Assembly: GCF_006345805.1 (NCBI RefSeq)
Contig: NW_021836292.1
Location: 62,001-126,000 of the forward strand
Source: Octopus sinensis
Lineage: Eukaryota
DNA length: 64,000 nucleotides
Direction of reading: 5' to 3'
Each line of letters starts with the position of its first letter. The first letter of the stretch is position 1. Shown in pieces: positions 51,611 to 64,000 of this stretch. A program made the position numbers and the translations under genes. The notes below the pieces were generated by a model. It did not search any database. It was not told the origin of the DNA and was given only the letters and a program-made list of their open reading frames with translations.

Positions 51611-52832
51611 CTAGCAAACTGACCCGTCCTTTGGACAGTTTAAGCTGCTTTGGTGTATTTTTCACCAAATAATTGAACTACCGAGAATATTTATGAGTAG
51701 CACGGCAATCTATGTTTCCGATTAACCTAGGAACAGTATACCAAATTGAAGGCTGGTTATTGTGGAGGTCGTTGCACTTTAATGATCATAGAAGATATAA
51801 GTTTGCAAGCGATGCAAATTAGAGCTACTGAAGTGTTTGGGGAGTAGATTACGGATAATGACTGCAAAATATAGTTGTTTTACATAAAAGCGAAATTTCT
51901 TGTCAGAAACAGCCACATAAACGGTGTAAAGAAATTGAAGGAAGACGTTGAAACTACCCATCAGCGAGTTTATTTTATTCAACAGCAAAGGGGGCTATTT
52001 TTTCGGAGAGAAGTATGATTAGCACGTTCAAAAATAGCAATATAATGCCATAAAGTTAAAAGAATGTATTTTCTACGTATACGAACACTTTGATATTGAG
52101 TTCCGGTAACGAAAATTGAAAACATGAAGAGCTTGACTTCAGTTCACGAATACTGTTTTGAATCTTTAGCAGTTCGCAGTGAAAAGATGTCGCGTTCGAA
52201 ATATCATAATGGATGGGTAAAAAAGCATCCTTAAAGTGAAACAACGCATTGGTAGGTAAACAAAGGTGTCAACAAATAGAAGTGCGGGAAGGGAACATCA
52301 TCTTTCAAGTAACTCAGAATAGGTAAAGGTAAGCTTGACAAAGTTTAATGCAGTTTAAATATGGAGATTAAGATTGTTTGGTATTGGGTATTCATCGCGT
52401 ACAGTGATCCTAGTCAATTTAATTGCCGTCGCAGGTGGACAGTATAAATAAATAGACAAAACCCTTTCACTTTTATAATATTCTCTAACCAAGTAGTAAT
52501 ACACAATTACAACATATAAATAATAAATCAAAAAATGTGAAAACGACTAAAAAATATTCTCTAATGCCAATATACGACCAATTAGATTTAAAAAGTATGG
52601 AAGACCCTACATACAAAAAATTACATACAACGAATTAGAGAAAACCCCGTATAGACCACCGTTTTTCCCGGTTTGTCCATTTACGCGGGAGCTCTGGGCA
52701 AAATGTTATAGTGCATGACCATCGTAGGAACATAAGATTTGTGTGTAAAGTTTGGTGAAAATCTGTTGAGAATTGTGGAAATGTATACATTAGTCAATAT
52801 ACACACATATACTATGATTTATATATACTAGA
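51611..52832 (-). mobile_element. Non-autonomous Helitron with traces of helicase coding sequence
   Basis: a|TCtagtatatataaa 5' end; ctgtcc aaa ggacgg hairpin then CTAG|t 3' end; 'QFLYTV...VIIRNLLP' resembles a Pif1 helicase segment. Confidence 0.75.
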
Positions 52833-53863
52833 TAATATCGTTATTTCATTTTGTGGGTGTGAGAAATATAATATGTATGTAAAATAGAAATTTATTCCTC
52901 TCTTGAGTTTCTTTCTTGATGTAGATTATCGTTTTCGTCAGGTGCCGATTTATCCATTTCAGTAAAGTTTTACACTGTCCATTTTCCGTGCTTTTTGTGC
53001 ATGAAATCAAAGGAATCATTCTCTTTTTAAGATCAGGCTGAATAATACAGTTTTTATTTGTACTATTTGTCATTTTTTGTGAGGAAAACTGAATCCGTTT
53101 GTTGATAGGACTTGTGACCTCTGGTAGCAGATTGCCAGCCAGTGTGAACTTTTGCAATACGCAAATGATGTCAGCAAAATAATGTTTCAGGTATATTGAG
53201 GATGCTCAAACACACTGAGGTGATAAGTACTGCTCCTGGGGAGTTCGAAGCGGTGGCAGGAACAAAATGTAATCAAGGAAAGTCGATGAGGCCTGTAACT
53301 CAATATTTGGGAAGGCAAATCCAGGCTGCTCAACAGCGCTGTGAAGCATTGGAATCATGAACGAACTGATTAAATTGCTTGGGATCTGCTTTAATCCAGG
53401 TCTCCAGTTAGACAAGCACTATAACGTGGTGATGAGTAGAATAGCTAATAGTCTTTTCTACTCTAGGCATAAGGCCCGAAATTTTGGGGGAGGGGCCTGT
53501 CGAGTAGATCGACCCCAGTACGCAACTGGTATTTAATTTATCGACGAAAGTATGAAAGGCAAAATCGATCTCGCTTACTCTTCTAATTTCTGTGGAAGGG
53601 GTGGATTTCGCTGGTCAGACAGTCCACTTGCTGCGTCAATATCAGCAGCGTGGGGAACTGGGCATGCATTGGCTAATGATGGGCAGACATGCACTGAGGT
53701 TGCGACTTCTCCAGTACTTCCTTAACAGAGAGCAGGTGTGGTTGTTGTTTGTTTCACTCAGATTTTCGGCAGCTTGTCGCTTTTATATTTTGAGGAAGAA
53801 GGATAGGATATAGTATATGGCATGAGGAAAGCAGAGGTTGAACTCAGATATTTCATGCCTCGG

Positions 53864-54140
53864 AAGAAACGCTAGCACGCCGGGCGAAATGCGTAGCCGT
53901 ATTAGGCGGCGAGCTGGCAGAAACGTTAGCACGACGGGCGAAATGCGTAGCTGTATTTCGTCTGCCGCTACGTTCTGAGTTCAAATTCCGCCGAGGTCGA
54001 CTTTGCCTTTCGTCCTTTCGGGGTCGATTAAATAAGTACCAGTTACGCACGGAGGTCGATATAATCAACTTAATCCGTTTGTCTGTCCTTGTTTGTCCTC
54101 TCTGTGTTTAGCCCCTTGTGGGTAGTAAAGAAATAGGTAT
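53864..54140 (+). mobile_element. SINE family A with a duplicated head segment
   Basis: agaaacgctagcacgccgggcgaaatgcgtagccgtatt precedes a full copy starting at 53905. Confidence 0.9.
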
Positions 54141-54819
54141 TCCATGCCTCTTTTCTCATATTCTATTTTATATGTCTTCACCATCACTAGCGTCTCTGGT
54201 TTTGTGATTTGTCCTTGTAATATATTCTCATCCGTTGCCCTTGAGGCAAATAAAGAATTAATTATTATTATTCCAGTACATCAAATCTGTAGAGGCGAGC
54301 ATTTTTCAGGTCAGCTGCTTTTTAAGTCTTTTTTTTTTCTCTCTATTTCTCAAAATGTTATATCACTCGACTCTGCTGTCAACATATCGGAATGACTTTG
54401 AAAATACCGAAAAGAACACCAGCAACAATAACAACATTATCGACAAGATCAAAAAATTATTTGCAATGTAATCAAAAGTCTGTTTCTGCTTGCTTTCTTA
54501 ATCAATATTACTGTGTATATCTTTGGTTTATTTTCATGTAAATATTTGTCTGTGGTCATAGAGTACACAATAGAGAGGTTATCAATTATCTCCCCCTTCG
54601 TTAATTTATTTGAGAAAATGTCTACATAAGTGAAAAAGTGAGAAAAAATAAAAACAGAAAAACTTTCACACTACCTGAACCCAAACAGACCACCTGACCC
54701 TTGTAAACAAAAAAACTAGATACCCAATCAACAAACAACTTTTATGAGAAATGTATAGGTCATGCAGTACAAAATTGAGATATCATTTGTCTCCTCTTCA
54801 GTATTATATCCAAAAATAC

Positions 54820-55040
54820 TTTCCCATTTCCGCATTCGACATTTTTAACTTCTGGGGTCTTGCATGCGTAGCGGGCTTGATACTTGCAGTCTATGGTACC
54901 ATGCTATGTTTTCTTTTCAACTATTTAATACCATCCTGGTCATTCTAGCCGTATCAAGAATGCGAATATCTTGTAACAGCTTTACTGAGTATTCTATTCC
55001 GATTCCCTTTATATTCCTTCTGATACTGTCCCCAAGGACA
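54820..55040 (-). mobile_element. RLE LINE 3' end adjacent to (ATT)n
   Basis: LLQDIRILDTARMTRMVL resembles the LQK..LLGTARILRKVL terminus; (ATT)n at 55040-55148. Confidence 0.55.
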
Positions 55041-55084
55041 TCATCATCATCATTATTATCATCATTATTATCATCATTATTATG

Positions 55085-55150
<66 letters not shown>

Positions 55151-56113
55151 GCCCCTTAAACCGTTCCCATCCCAAAATGAAACAAATTACCAAGAAATCA
55201 AACAACTTTTTCGCATTTCAGCTTTATAGATATTGATAGTGTGGGTGGCCAGTTATATTACAATATTGACTACTCTACATCTTAGAGCGTGCTTCTTCTC
55301 CAGATCTATGTTTTTCTACAAACGATATATATATATATATAAACATATAGATATACATATATATACACATATATACATAGATAAATATGAGTGTGTGAGT
55401 GTGTGTGTGCGCGCGCGTCTGTGTGTGTGCATGTAATGAATTCTAACATCTAAATAAGAGCTCACATTTGGGTGGAAGGAGTACTGCCAATTATACTGCC
55501 ACTTGTTATCATCACCATTGTGACCACCAACACTCGGTCTATGGATGGCTCATCCGAGCTCTCTGGAGATTTTCTTTTAATTATGTCAGTAGGGCCTTCC
55601 ATCATATGTGCCATCGCCAGATGCTGAGTGTGGACTTCCACAAACTTCTCACAGTACAGTGTAACCAATTTTGAGAAAGAAGGACAGAGGTAGCGACGAG
55701 GAGGAGGAGGAGGAGGAGGAGGAATTGAAGACGTTAACGTAATTCAATACCGCGATGTACGTTATGCACCTCTCAACCTGTGAAAACTTGCAAAATCCAC
55801 ACCCACTCTTTTATTTCTAAAATAATAGGATTAACAATTTTGCATCCATTTTAGCCAATGCTCTGGCTTTTGATGTTAACTGTCAGAAATGTAAAATAAA
55901 TACCATATGAAACATTTTGAAAATGTATGGATTAATTTCTTTATTATTTTCCTCTCCTTCCACGAATAATTTATTTTTCCTTTTAAATTTAAATTGGAAA
56001 TGATAGAGCACAACATAAATAATCTCCTTAGAGGAGTTTTCGAATGTTTTGCCGTATGTTTATTAAAGATAGTCTGATTATCTGATTAGTTGCATGATTG
56101 TTTGCTTAAGTGA

Positions 56114-56420
56114 AGGCGTGTGTCGTAGAACGTAAGGTATTCGGCTTACGATCACCAGGTCGTGTGTTCGAAACCGGCGGCGCATTGTTTCCTTAAACAA
56201 GACACGTTATTTCACGTTGCTCTTGTCCACTCAGTTGGCAAAAATGAGTTGTATCTGTATTTCAAAGAGCAAGCCTTGTCACATTCCATGTCTCACTGAA
56301 TCTTCTTGAGAAATATGTTAAGGGTATGCGTGTCTATGGAACGCTCAGTCTGTTTCACTTAATTTCACGAGCAGGCTGTTTCATTGATCGGATCAATTGG
56401 AACTCTCGTCGTCGTAATTG
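56114..56420 (+). mobile_element. Degenerate family C-like SINE
   Basis: gttcgaaacc B box and ttatttcacgttgctc..ccactcag core. Confidence 0.7.
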
Positions 56421-57862
56421 ATTGTTATGCTTGTCTTGACACTGTTTTACGTTGTTAATCGACAGAAAAGAACTGTGGAATTGATAATCCCAAATCCTAT
56501 GAGACTACAGGGACAACATCAATTTTCCAGATCCTTTGGTTCCAAAATCTGTCCATATTACTGATTTTTTCCGAAACAAATATGGTCACGTTGGTCAATA
56601 CATTCTAAATTAAGTAAATATGAAATTTACATAAATAGTTAAATGAAAAACGGGTACCTGTACAATAGTATGAATTATACAAGTTTGACATTAGTGTACT
56701 GTACAAGGTACTAGTCTGTGTAAGACACTAAGTAAACTAGTGAGGTGGCCACGGGAATTTGAAGTTCCTGCTCGTAATATATGCCGATTGTTAGAGGTTC
56801 TGGACAATCATTGAGTAGAAATTCGTTGTTGTTCCTGCAGTGGGATTGATGCGGTTGGTGTTCAGGTTGAACATAGAGAAAGATATGAGACAAAAATATG
56901 AGAGAGAGAGCAATTCCAGAGAATTGGATCCGTTGGAGTATGACTAAACAGCATAATCTCAGATTTGTTTACTCTTTTCAGGGGGTTGGGTAACCATTTT
57001 GAACTCCATCTTTGGCGTTTATGTATGGAATTACGTTTGGTATATAATAGTAGCCGATATTTGGTATCGTTGACTAAATTTTCCTATCTGATCAGCTTTT
57101 TAAAAGATTAGAGTATGATTTGAGGAAAATTAGAGTGCTACATCTAGTAGGGGAAAAGATCCCATAGAGGTATTTTCATTTAAAGAAAATGGGTAGCTTA
57201 GAGCTCCATGTACTTTGGTCTTTTGGAGAGGGGCTGCACAATAATAATGCAGTGTGGGTGATAGAACAGGTATGTTAATCTCCTGGATAGTTTTTCACTG
57301 TGTATGTGTGTGTATGTGTGTGTGTATGTGTGCTTTTGTATGTACTTGCCTAACAGTAATATACATTTATATCTATATACACGCACGCACACACACGTAT
57401 CAAAACAAAGAATCAAAAGTCCTTCCCGCGTCATAAGCCCATAAGGCCATTTTTCCGTATTCTGTGGCGAATATATTCCACACTTAGACGGGACGCCAGT
57501 TTAGTCCCAGGGTTGCTCGTGTTCTCAACTGAATGGAATGGAGTAAAATGGGACAACGTGAAATAAATTTTTTTGCTCAAAAGCGCAGCACATCGCCCGG
57601 CCCAGGAATTGAAACCACAATTTTACCATATGTGTGTGTGTGTGTATTTATGTATGCATTTATTTATCTAGATCTTGGCTTAGCTCGAACAATGGCAGTT
57701 AGCCTTGCTGATGCTCTATGGATAAACAACTATATCTCCTCACTAAATATGAGCTGAACGAGTACCTATTTACAACACGTGCATAAAATTCTGAGTTGCT
57801 CAGTAGTAGTTCCTCAGCAGATTCATTATACATGTTTGTATTTATTAGTCTGCGTACTTTCA

Positions 57863-57976
<114 letters not shown>

Positions 57977-58679
57977 TGCATTGATTAGCAGTCAATAACT
58001 CATATGGCCATTATTGAAGATTTCTTACAGACGCATATGTGCCTTACAGACTCTGAATCATTGCCTGTTAACTTCTTTTAAGAATTTGTCAAATCGTCGA
58101 AACCCTTTTGCAAATTGAATACTGAAGGAAACCATGCTATACGAATTATTATTTTTTTAATACTACTCGCCTCCATGTATAGAGTACTTATAAATTGTTA
58201 TTTCATGTGTGTGTGTGTGTTTGGGTGTGTTATTTGTATATTGTATTCCAAGCCAACTTTTACTAATCCTTATAGTTAGAAAGATCTCAGAACATAGAAA
58301 AAAATGCAAAACTGGAAAGTTTCTTCATAAATTATTTTGTTTTCTATGCATGTATGTGTGCGCATATTGGTACGCGTGTGTATGTGTGCGTGAGTCTGTG
58401 TATGAGTATTTTTACGTAGGAAGGACATGAAAGTATTACAGACGTGGAATAAAAAGAATTATTTTAACGCATTATTTCCTTAATTTCTTTAATAATTCAT
58501 ATTTTCATCTATATCTGTCTCTATAAACATGTTCGTGGACGGTTGTGCTCGTTGGTGTGGACTACGGGATGCATAATTTAGTCGTATACTCAGCTTATAG
58601 TCTTCATTCTCAATAACAAAACGAAAGAAAAGAGATAGAGAACAAGAAATATTGGCAGTATCATATAGATATATACATA

Positions 58680-59626
58680 TATATATACTACATGTGTGGA
58701 AATCTGTGGCTGTATTTGTGACGTTGTTATCTACGTCGTTTCGTCGATTTTAATGAAATTTGACACGTGAGTAAAACTAATGTTAGGAAAACTAGTGACA
58801 TACTTAGATTGTTGAAAAAATCGATAATAGTGCCCCTGGAAGGGATTCTTATATCTACTACATATAACTAATATATTATTTTTAAACATCCTAGGGAAAT
58901 AACCCTAATATATTATTTTTAAACATCCAAAGGAAATAACCCATTCGCTCCTGAAAGGGATCCTTATTTAAAGCCAAAGGAAATAACCCATTCATGTTTG
59001 TAAATTTTTTCGTATAAATCAAATTGATTTTGCTTATTTCTTAGTATTTGAACTATTTGAGTTATTTTCGCAATTTACCCAGTACAACGCTTAAACAAGT
59101 AAATAGTATTTTCCTAAACAATAGATCCACTTATTTCGGTTTGTGGCTTAGTCGCGAATATACCAACACTAGCGCCGTTGAAAGTAATATTCTCTGCGAA
59201 CGCACAAAAGCTTTTTTCAGAATCATTTACTTTGAATTATTATCTCATATCTGATTAGCCTGTTATTACATAACATGCTTCACGATTTTAGTATACATAC
59301 CTTATTAGTATTTTCTCTTAAGTTCTATATACTCTGGGAACGTATTAAAGCCTTTTTCGGGGCTACTTTATTTGAATACTTACTATCGGGTAATTAATTT
59401 CATGTTATTATATAACTGACTTCACAATTTCGATATTCATAACTTATTGGTAACTCGTAAAAACAAGATGCTGTGTAAGACAGTTCGGTCTTCTCACTGA
59501 ATGCATGAAAACCGTTTTAAGAGCTACATACTTTGCATTGTTGTCAGTGGGTTAGCGAAACAATTAAGAGAACGAAACCAAGGAATAAACCCCGCTTTCC
59601 CGGGAATTACCGGGTACATCAACTAG
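58680..59626 (+). mobile_element. Non-autonomous Helitron
   Basis: 3' cccggg aatta ccggg hairpin then CTAG|t; gattttaatgaaatttg internal motif; 5' end uncertain. Confidence 0.7.
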
Positions 59627-59724
59627 TATATATATATATATGCATGCATGTATGTATGTATGTATGTATGTATGTATGTATGTATGTATGTATGTATGTA
59701 TGTATGTATGTATGTATGTATGTA

Positions 59725-60032
59725 TGCTTAGCGGTATTTCGTCTGACTTTACGTTCTGGGTTCAAATTCCGCCGAGGTCGACTTTGCCTTTCATTCTTTC
59801 GGGGTCGGTAAATTAAGTACCAATTGCTTATTGAGGTCGATCGGCTTTAAATAAGGATCCCTTTCAGGAGCGAATGGGTTATTTCCTTTGGATGTTTAAA
59901 AATAATATATTAGGGTTATTTCCCTAGGATGTTTAAAAACAATATATTAGTTATACATAGTATATATAAGAATCCCAAAAAATTCTCAAAAGAATTCTCA
60001 AAAAATTCAGGCCTTGTGTCTAAAGTAGAAAA
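59725..60032 (+). mobile_element. SINE family A interrupted by an inverted 134-bp copy of nearby Helitron sequence
   Basis: SINE 59725-59842, insert 59843-59976, SINE tail resumes aaattcaggccttgtgtc. Confidence 0.8.
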
Positions 60033-60053
60033 GAATGTGTGTGTATGTGTGTG

Positions 60054-60116
<63 letters not shown>

Positions 60117-60124
60117 TAAACGTT

Positions 60125-60156
<32 letters not shown>

Positions 60157-60160
<4 letters not shown>

Positions 60161-60911
60161 GTGCGATGGGTAAATTGTCGCCATTTTATAATTTTAGTTT
60201 TTTGCATGCTCATTGTTTGTTTTCATTTTATCGACTACACGGTATAGTAGGGTCAGTTGGGCACCGTCCGTGAGAAAACAGTACCATGATGCAATTCACT
60301 TTGGCAGTAATTTGAAAACGACATGCTGTACTGCTTGGCATTCGCGCCGGACATTTCAGAGTGTTTGGGTGTCAGTCTGAGAACATGTACCGAGAGTGAT
60401 AAAAATCAAACATCCAGTCAATGTCGTGGTGTTTGGGGTGGTCACCCTGTGTCAAGAGGGTGGCTTCTGAAAGATCCTACGTCTTGCAACAGGACTCTGC
60501 ATTATGCGACACAAGCAAGAGGATCCAGTCATGGCTTTCAGGCAATTTCTGCGACCACATCATCCCTAACATCTGGCCACCCTAGACTGCAACCCCCTTA
60601 GTTATTATGTGAGAGGTACAGTTTAGCGAGAGACCATCAAAGTTCCTTGTAACACCAAAGAACTGAAGGCAAAGATTATGGCTGCATTCACCAACTTAGA
60701 CAAGGAGACAGTCTAGAAGAGTCGCAGGAGACTCCAAAGTCGTCTGGAGGCTGTTGTTGAAACCAATGGCGATTTTATTGAATGAATTTATTCTTTAGTA
60801 CCTTAAGATATTTTCTATGTAATGTTGGAAGATATATCAGTTAAAATGAGATGTCAGTGTTATTTTCATTTTTGCGTAATTTAGACGACAATTTATTCAC
60901 CACAACTGGTG
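60157..60911 (+). mobile_element. Internally deleted Tc1/mariner-superfamily transposon
   Basis: Imperfect TIRs (taaattgtcg / cgacaattta) in TA context; IWPP..CNP and SRLEAVVETNGDFIE C-terminal transposase motifs. Confidence 0.8.
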
Positions 60912-60955
<44 letters not shown>

Positions 60956-60963
60956 TACATTAG

Positions 60964-61004
<41 letters not shown>

Positions 61005-61007
<3 letters not shown>

Positions 61008-61350
61008 CTAATGTAGGATAAAACTTTTTCGAAAAAAAAGTTTATCAATGGCCAGCATATCAAAAAATACCTTTAAAGGTTAAATTTATAAATAACATAT
61101 AAAATAAGGGCAAAAGAAAAGTTCTAATGCCAAATATGCCGATAAACGACAAAATTGTCAATAACCATTATAATTTAAGCGTCTCGAAACAAGCCGACAG
61201 AAATTTCTAAGAAAATCCGTTATTACCGTATTGGTCCCAATTTCGGGATTAATCGTTAAGCGTTTCGAGACGCTAAAATTATAATGGTCATTGACAATTT
61301 TGTCTTTTTCGGCATATTTGGCATTAGAATTTTTCTTTTGCCCTTATTTT
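61005..61350 (-). mobile_element. Fold-back element E3: about 89-bp inverted arms, 3' half of a hammerhead and terminal hairpin
   Basis: 61102-61190 vs 61263-61350 inverted; minus-strand spacer has GAAA-TTGG ga CCAA-TA; terminal gataaactttt..aaaagttttatc-ctacattag. Confidence 0.75.
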
Positions 61351-61357
61351 ATATGAT

Positions 61358-61423
<66 letters not shown>

Positions 61424-61428
<5 letters not shown>

Positions 61429-61645
61429 CTTCTTCGGGATGGTCATTTTATCTTTTTTTTTCAAATAACACACGCACAAATTTTTTTTCTTCACTCGTTT
61501 ATTACTGTTATTTTAATATTTTATTTCCAGACAATGACAGGCATCAAAATGATAAAAATAATAAAATAACAGTAATAAACGAGTGAAGAAGAAATATATA
61601 TAGTGCGTGTGTTTGTTAGGCAAAATAATAATAATAATAATAATA

Positions 61646-61697
<52 letters not shown>

Positions 61698-61736
61698 AAT
61701 AAATAAACAAAATGACCATCCCGAAATACAACAATA
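61424..61736. repeat. Imperfect nested palindrome (MITE-like or fold-back)
   Basis: ttcgggatggtcatttt / aaaatgaccatcccgaa; ttcttcactcgtttattactgttatttt / aaaataacagtaataaacgagtgaagaa. Confidence 0.85.
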
Positions 61737-61775
61737 TCTATTTCAACACACGATTTCACATCAGAACCAATATAC

Positions 61776-61865
61776 GTTCTACAAAATGTTTCGGAGTCTA
61801 ATTAATTCCAAAGACAAAAACGAAAAGCTCTTAATGAAATAAACATTAAATTCTTCGTCGGGAAT
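61776..61865 (-). ncRNA. Possible partly decayed type I hammerhead with long stem II
   Basis: TTC-CCGACGA-agaatttaat...attagactcc-GAAA-CA ttt TG-TA-GAA. Confidence 0.5.
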
Positions 61866-61927
61866 TCCATAAAAGAATAAAAGAAAAGAATATACATATA
61901 AATGTGTATATATATATATATATATAT

Positions 61928-62254
61928 ATTCTTTTATTTGTTTCAGTCGTTTTTACTACAGCCATGCTGGAGCACCACCTTTGGACAATTCGACCCCAGG
62001 ACATATTCTTTGTAAGCCTAGTACTTATTCTATCGGTCTCTTTTGCCGAACCGCTAGATTACGGGGACGTAAACACACCAACATCGGTTGTCAAGAGATG
62101 GTAGGGGGACAAATACAGACACACGAATGAAGAAAAAATATTCTGGTGTGTTTATTTGGACGATAACAGATTAGGGATGAGCTTGTTCAGGACTTGTGCT
62201 TTAATTTTCCATGTGTTACCTTGTCAGCCTTTTATCGGTGTGCGTATGTATGTA

Positions 62255-62329
<75 letters not shown>

Positions 62330-62359
62330 GTGTTGTGTGTGTGTATATAATATATATAT

Positions 62360-62395
<36 letters not shown>

Positions 62396-62430
62396 CATAC
62401 ATACATATATATATACATACACATATATAT

Positions 62431-62506
<76 letters not shown>

Positions 62507-62655
62507 TACGACAGGCTTCCTTCAGTTTCGAACTAGCAAATCCGCTAACAAGGCTTTGGTCGGCTCGAAGCTATAGTAGAAGACCCTTGCTCTAGGTGCC
62601 ACACAGTGAGACTGAACCTAGAATTATGTGGCTGGTAAGCAAGATACTTACCACG
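61928..62655 (-). mobile_element. SINE family B split by an expanded internal microsatellite and insert (3' half 61928-62122, 5' half 62508-62655)
   Basis: Both halves match the consensus in the correct order. Confidence 0.8.
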
Positions 62656-63239
62656 CACACACACGCACATACGTATATATATACATATGTGTGTGTGTGT
62701 CTGTGTGTGTGTCTGTGTGTGTGTGTATGTATGCATATGCATACATGCATTTATACATATATGTTTGTGTGTGCGTATGTGTATGTGTGTGTGTGTGTGT
62801 AAGTGAGCGCGTTTGTCAGTTTAACAACTTTTATTTAAAATATATAACATAAAATCGCACACAGCTATCTACACTTCATTTTATATGTTAATGAATTGTT
62901 CATATATCTTGTTTCAGCCAATATGTCTAAGTTCATTGACATTTCAAGAGTGTCTTGGACATATATCTGGATAAGATGATATTACTAACGCATTTTTGTC
63001 ACCGTTTTCCCAAGGAATCAACACCACTGGGAATGCTGCTGCTTCTGTAACTGTTTCCTATTTATTATCACCAGGTATTCGCTTTTTCTGTTCGTTACTG
63101 TCCGATTTGTTTCAATAATTAAAAAAGTATGTTGTATCGTTGTGTCTCGTACTCAACTGGTGTAATGTGATGTCTGTGTTGTGTGTGCGCGTACAGACAT
63201 TACAAACCTCTGTGTGTGTATCTGTGTGTGTCTGTATAA

Positions 63240-63405
63240 AGGCGCAGGAGTGGCCTCTGTGGTTAGAAGTTTGCTTCACAAGTACATGATTCCGCGGGTT
63301 CAGTCCCACTGCGCAGCGCTTTAAGTAAATGTCTTCTTCTATAGCCTCGGGCTGACCAAAGTCTTGCGAGTGGATTTGCTAGTTCGAAACTGAAAGAAGC
63401 CTATA
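63240..63405 (+). mobile_element. SINE family B 5' half
   Basis: aggcgcaggagtggcctctgtggttag..gggttcagtccc. Confidence 0.85.
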
Positions 63406-63441
<36 letters not shown>

Positions 63442-63659
63442 TATATATATGTACACCGATTAGAAATTGCACTGAAGGCTGACTGGGTGGCACGCGGAAA
63501 ATTAAGGCACAAATCCTGAACAAGCTCATCCTTCATCAGTTATCGTCCAAAAATCATAACAATTTCACGCCTTTAATGATAAGATTGTTCACATGATTAG
63601 GTATGCATGTGCACATACGTGTGTATTTATATTTGTATTTATAAAATTTGGACGTGGAC

Positions 63660-63960
63660 TTGCATGAAATGATGAAGGAATTAATCAATTTATGATAAAT
63701 GCAACTCCTAACTCAAATAAACTTTATCAATTCATGGTGAACGCAACTTCTAATAAAGATTCCAGTGCTAATGCAATTAGGATTTTCTGATAAATATCTT
63801 CTATGATCTGCATATTTATCTGTTTATCCCCAAATCCTGAGGAATCTCAAGTAGCTTCGTGTATTCACATCCCAGACGGAGACGAGTACCAATCTTACAT
63901 GTGGCAGGCTTGATAATTGCTGAGCAATTTCTCTTGGCTTGAAACTAATGGTAGCCTTGT
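63660..63960 (-). mobile_element. Decayed RTE-like RT fragment (probably continuing at 62880-63110)
   Basis: 'KLLEIPQDLGIN' and 'MQIIEDIYQK' resemble an RTE RT segment. Confidence 0.4.
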
Positions 63961-64000
63961 TAACTACAATAAAGAATATATGTATATATTATATATATAT

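Noticed and set aside
55466-55668. 68-codon minus-strand ORF ending at a GTGAG donor-like site
   Set aside because: No convincing acceptor, recognisable domain or partner exons; needs RNA-seq
63899-63963. 65-nt segment bounded by tag| and |gtaag on the minus strand (possible exon)
   Set aside because: It lies within what appears to be a decayed RTE RT remnant, so the splice-like motifs may be chance

Overview
AT-rich eukaryotic non-coding DNA dense in (TA)n, (CA)n, (TAA)n and (TACA)n microsatellites. The SINE repertoire looks like an octopus/cephalopod genome; this is from recognition, not a search. No host protein-coding exon could be supported, and almost all short ORFs in the track are microsatellite artefacts. 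The window is a transposon mosaic. It holds two closely related CR1/L2-group LINE copies in inverted orientation: a 5'-truncated copy at 13.6-16.1 kb (+) and a full-length copy at 26.4-30.4 kb (-) whose ORF1 looks like Myb/SANT plus a CCCH finger. It also holds three tRNA-derived SINE families, one sharing its 3' tail with that LINE, plus Penelope-like (RT/GIY-YIG) remnants, RLE-type (R4/Dong- and HERO-like) and RTE LINE fragments, non-autonomous Helitrons and Tc1/mariner remnants. The most striking signal is a set of short non-coding elements inserted in (TA)n tracts that carry type I hammerhead ribozyme motifs: about 10 hand-folded copies from about 6 sequence families, some apparently intact. 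One family shares an architecture of inverted arm, hammerhead, terminal hairpin and partial tandem repeat (45.3-46.5 kb and 61.0-61.35 kb), resembling Penelope-derived retrozymes. Many local inverted or fold-back duplications are also anchored on (TA)n tracts. All structures were paired by eye and need computational and experimental confirmation.
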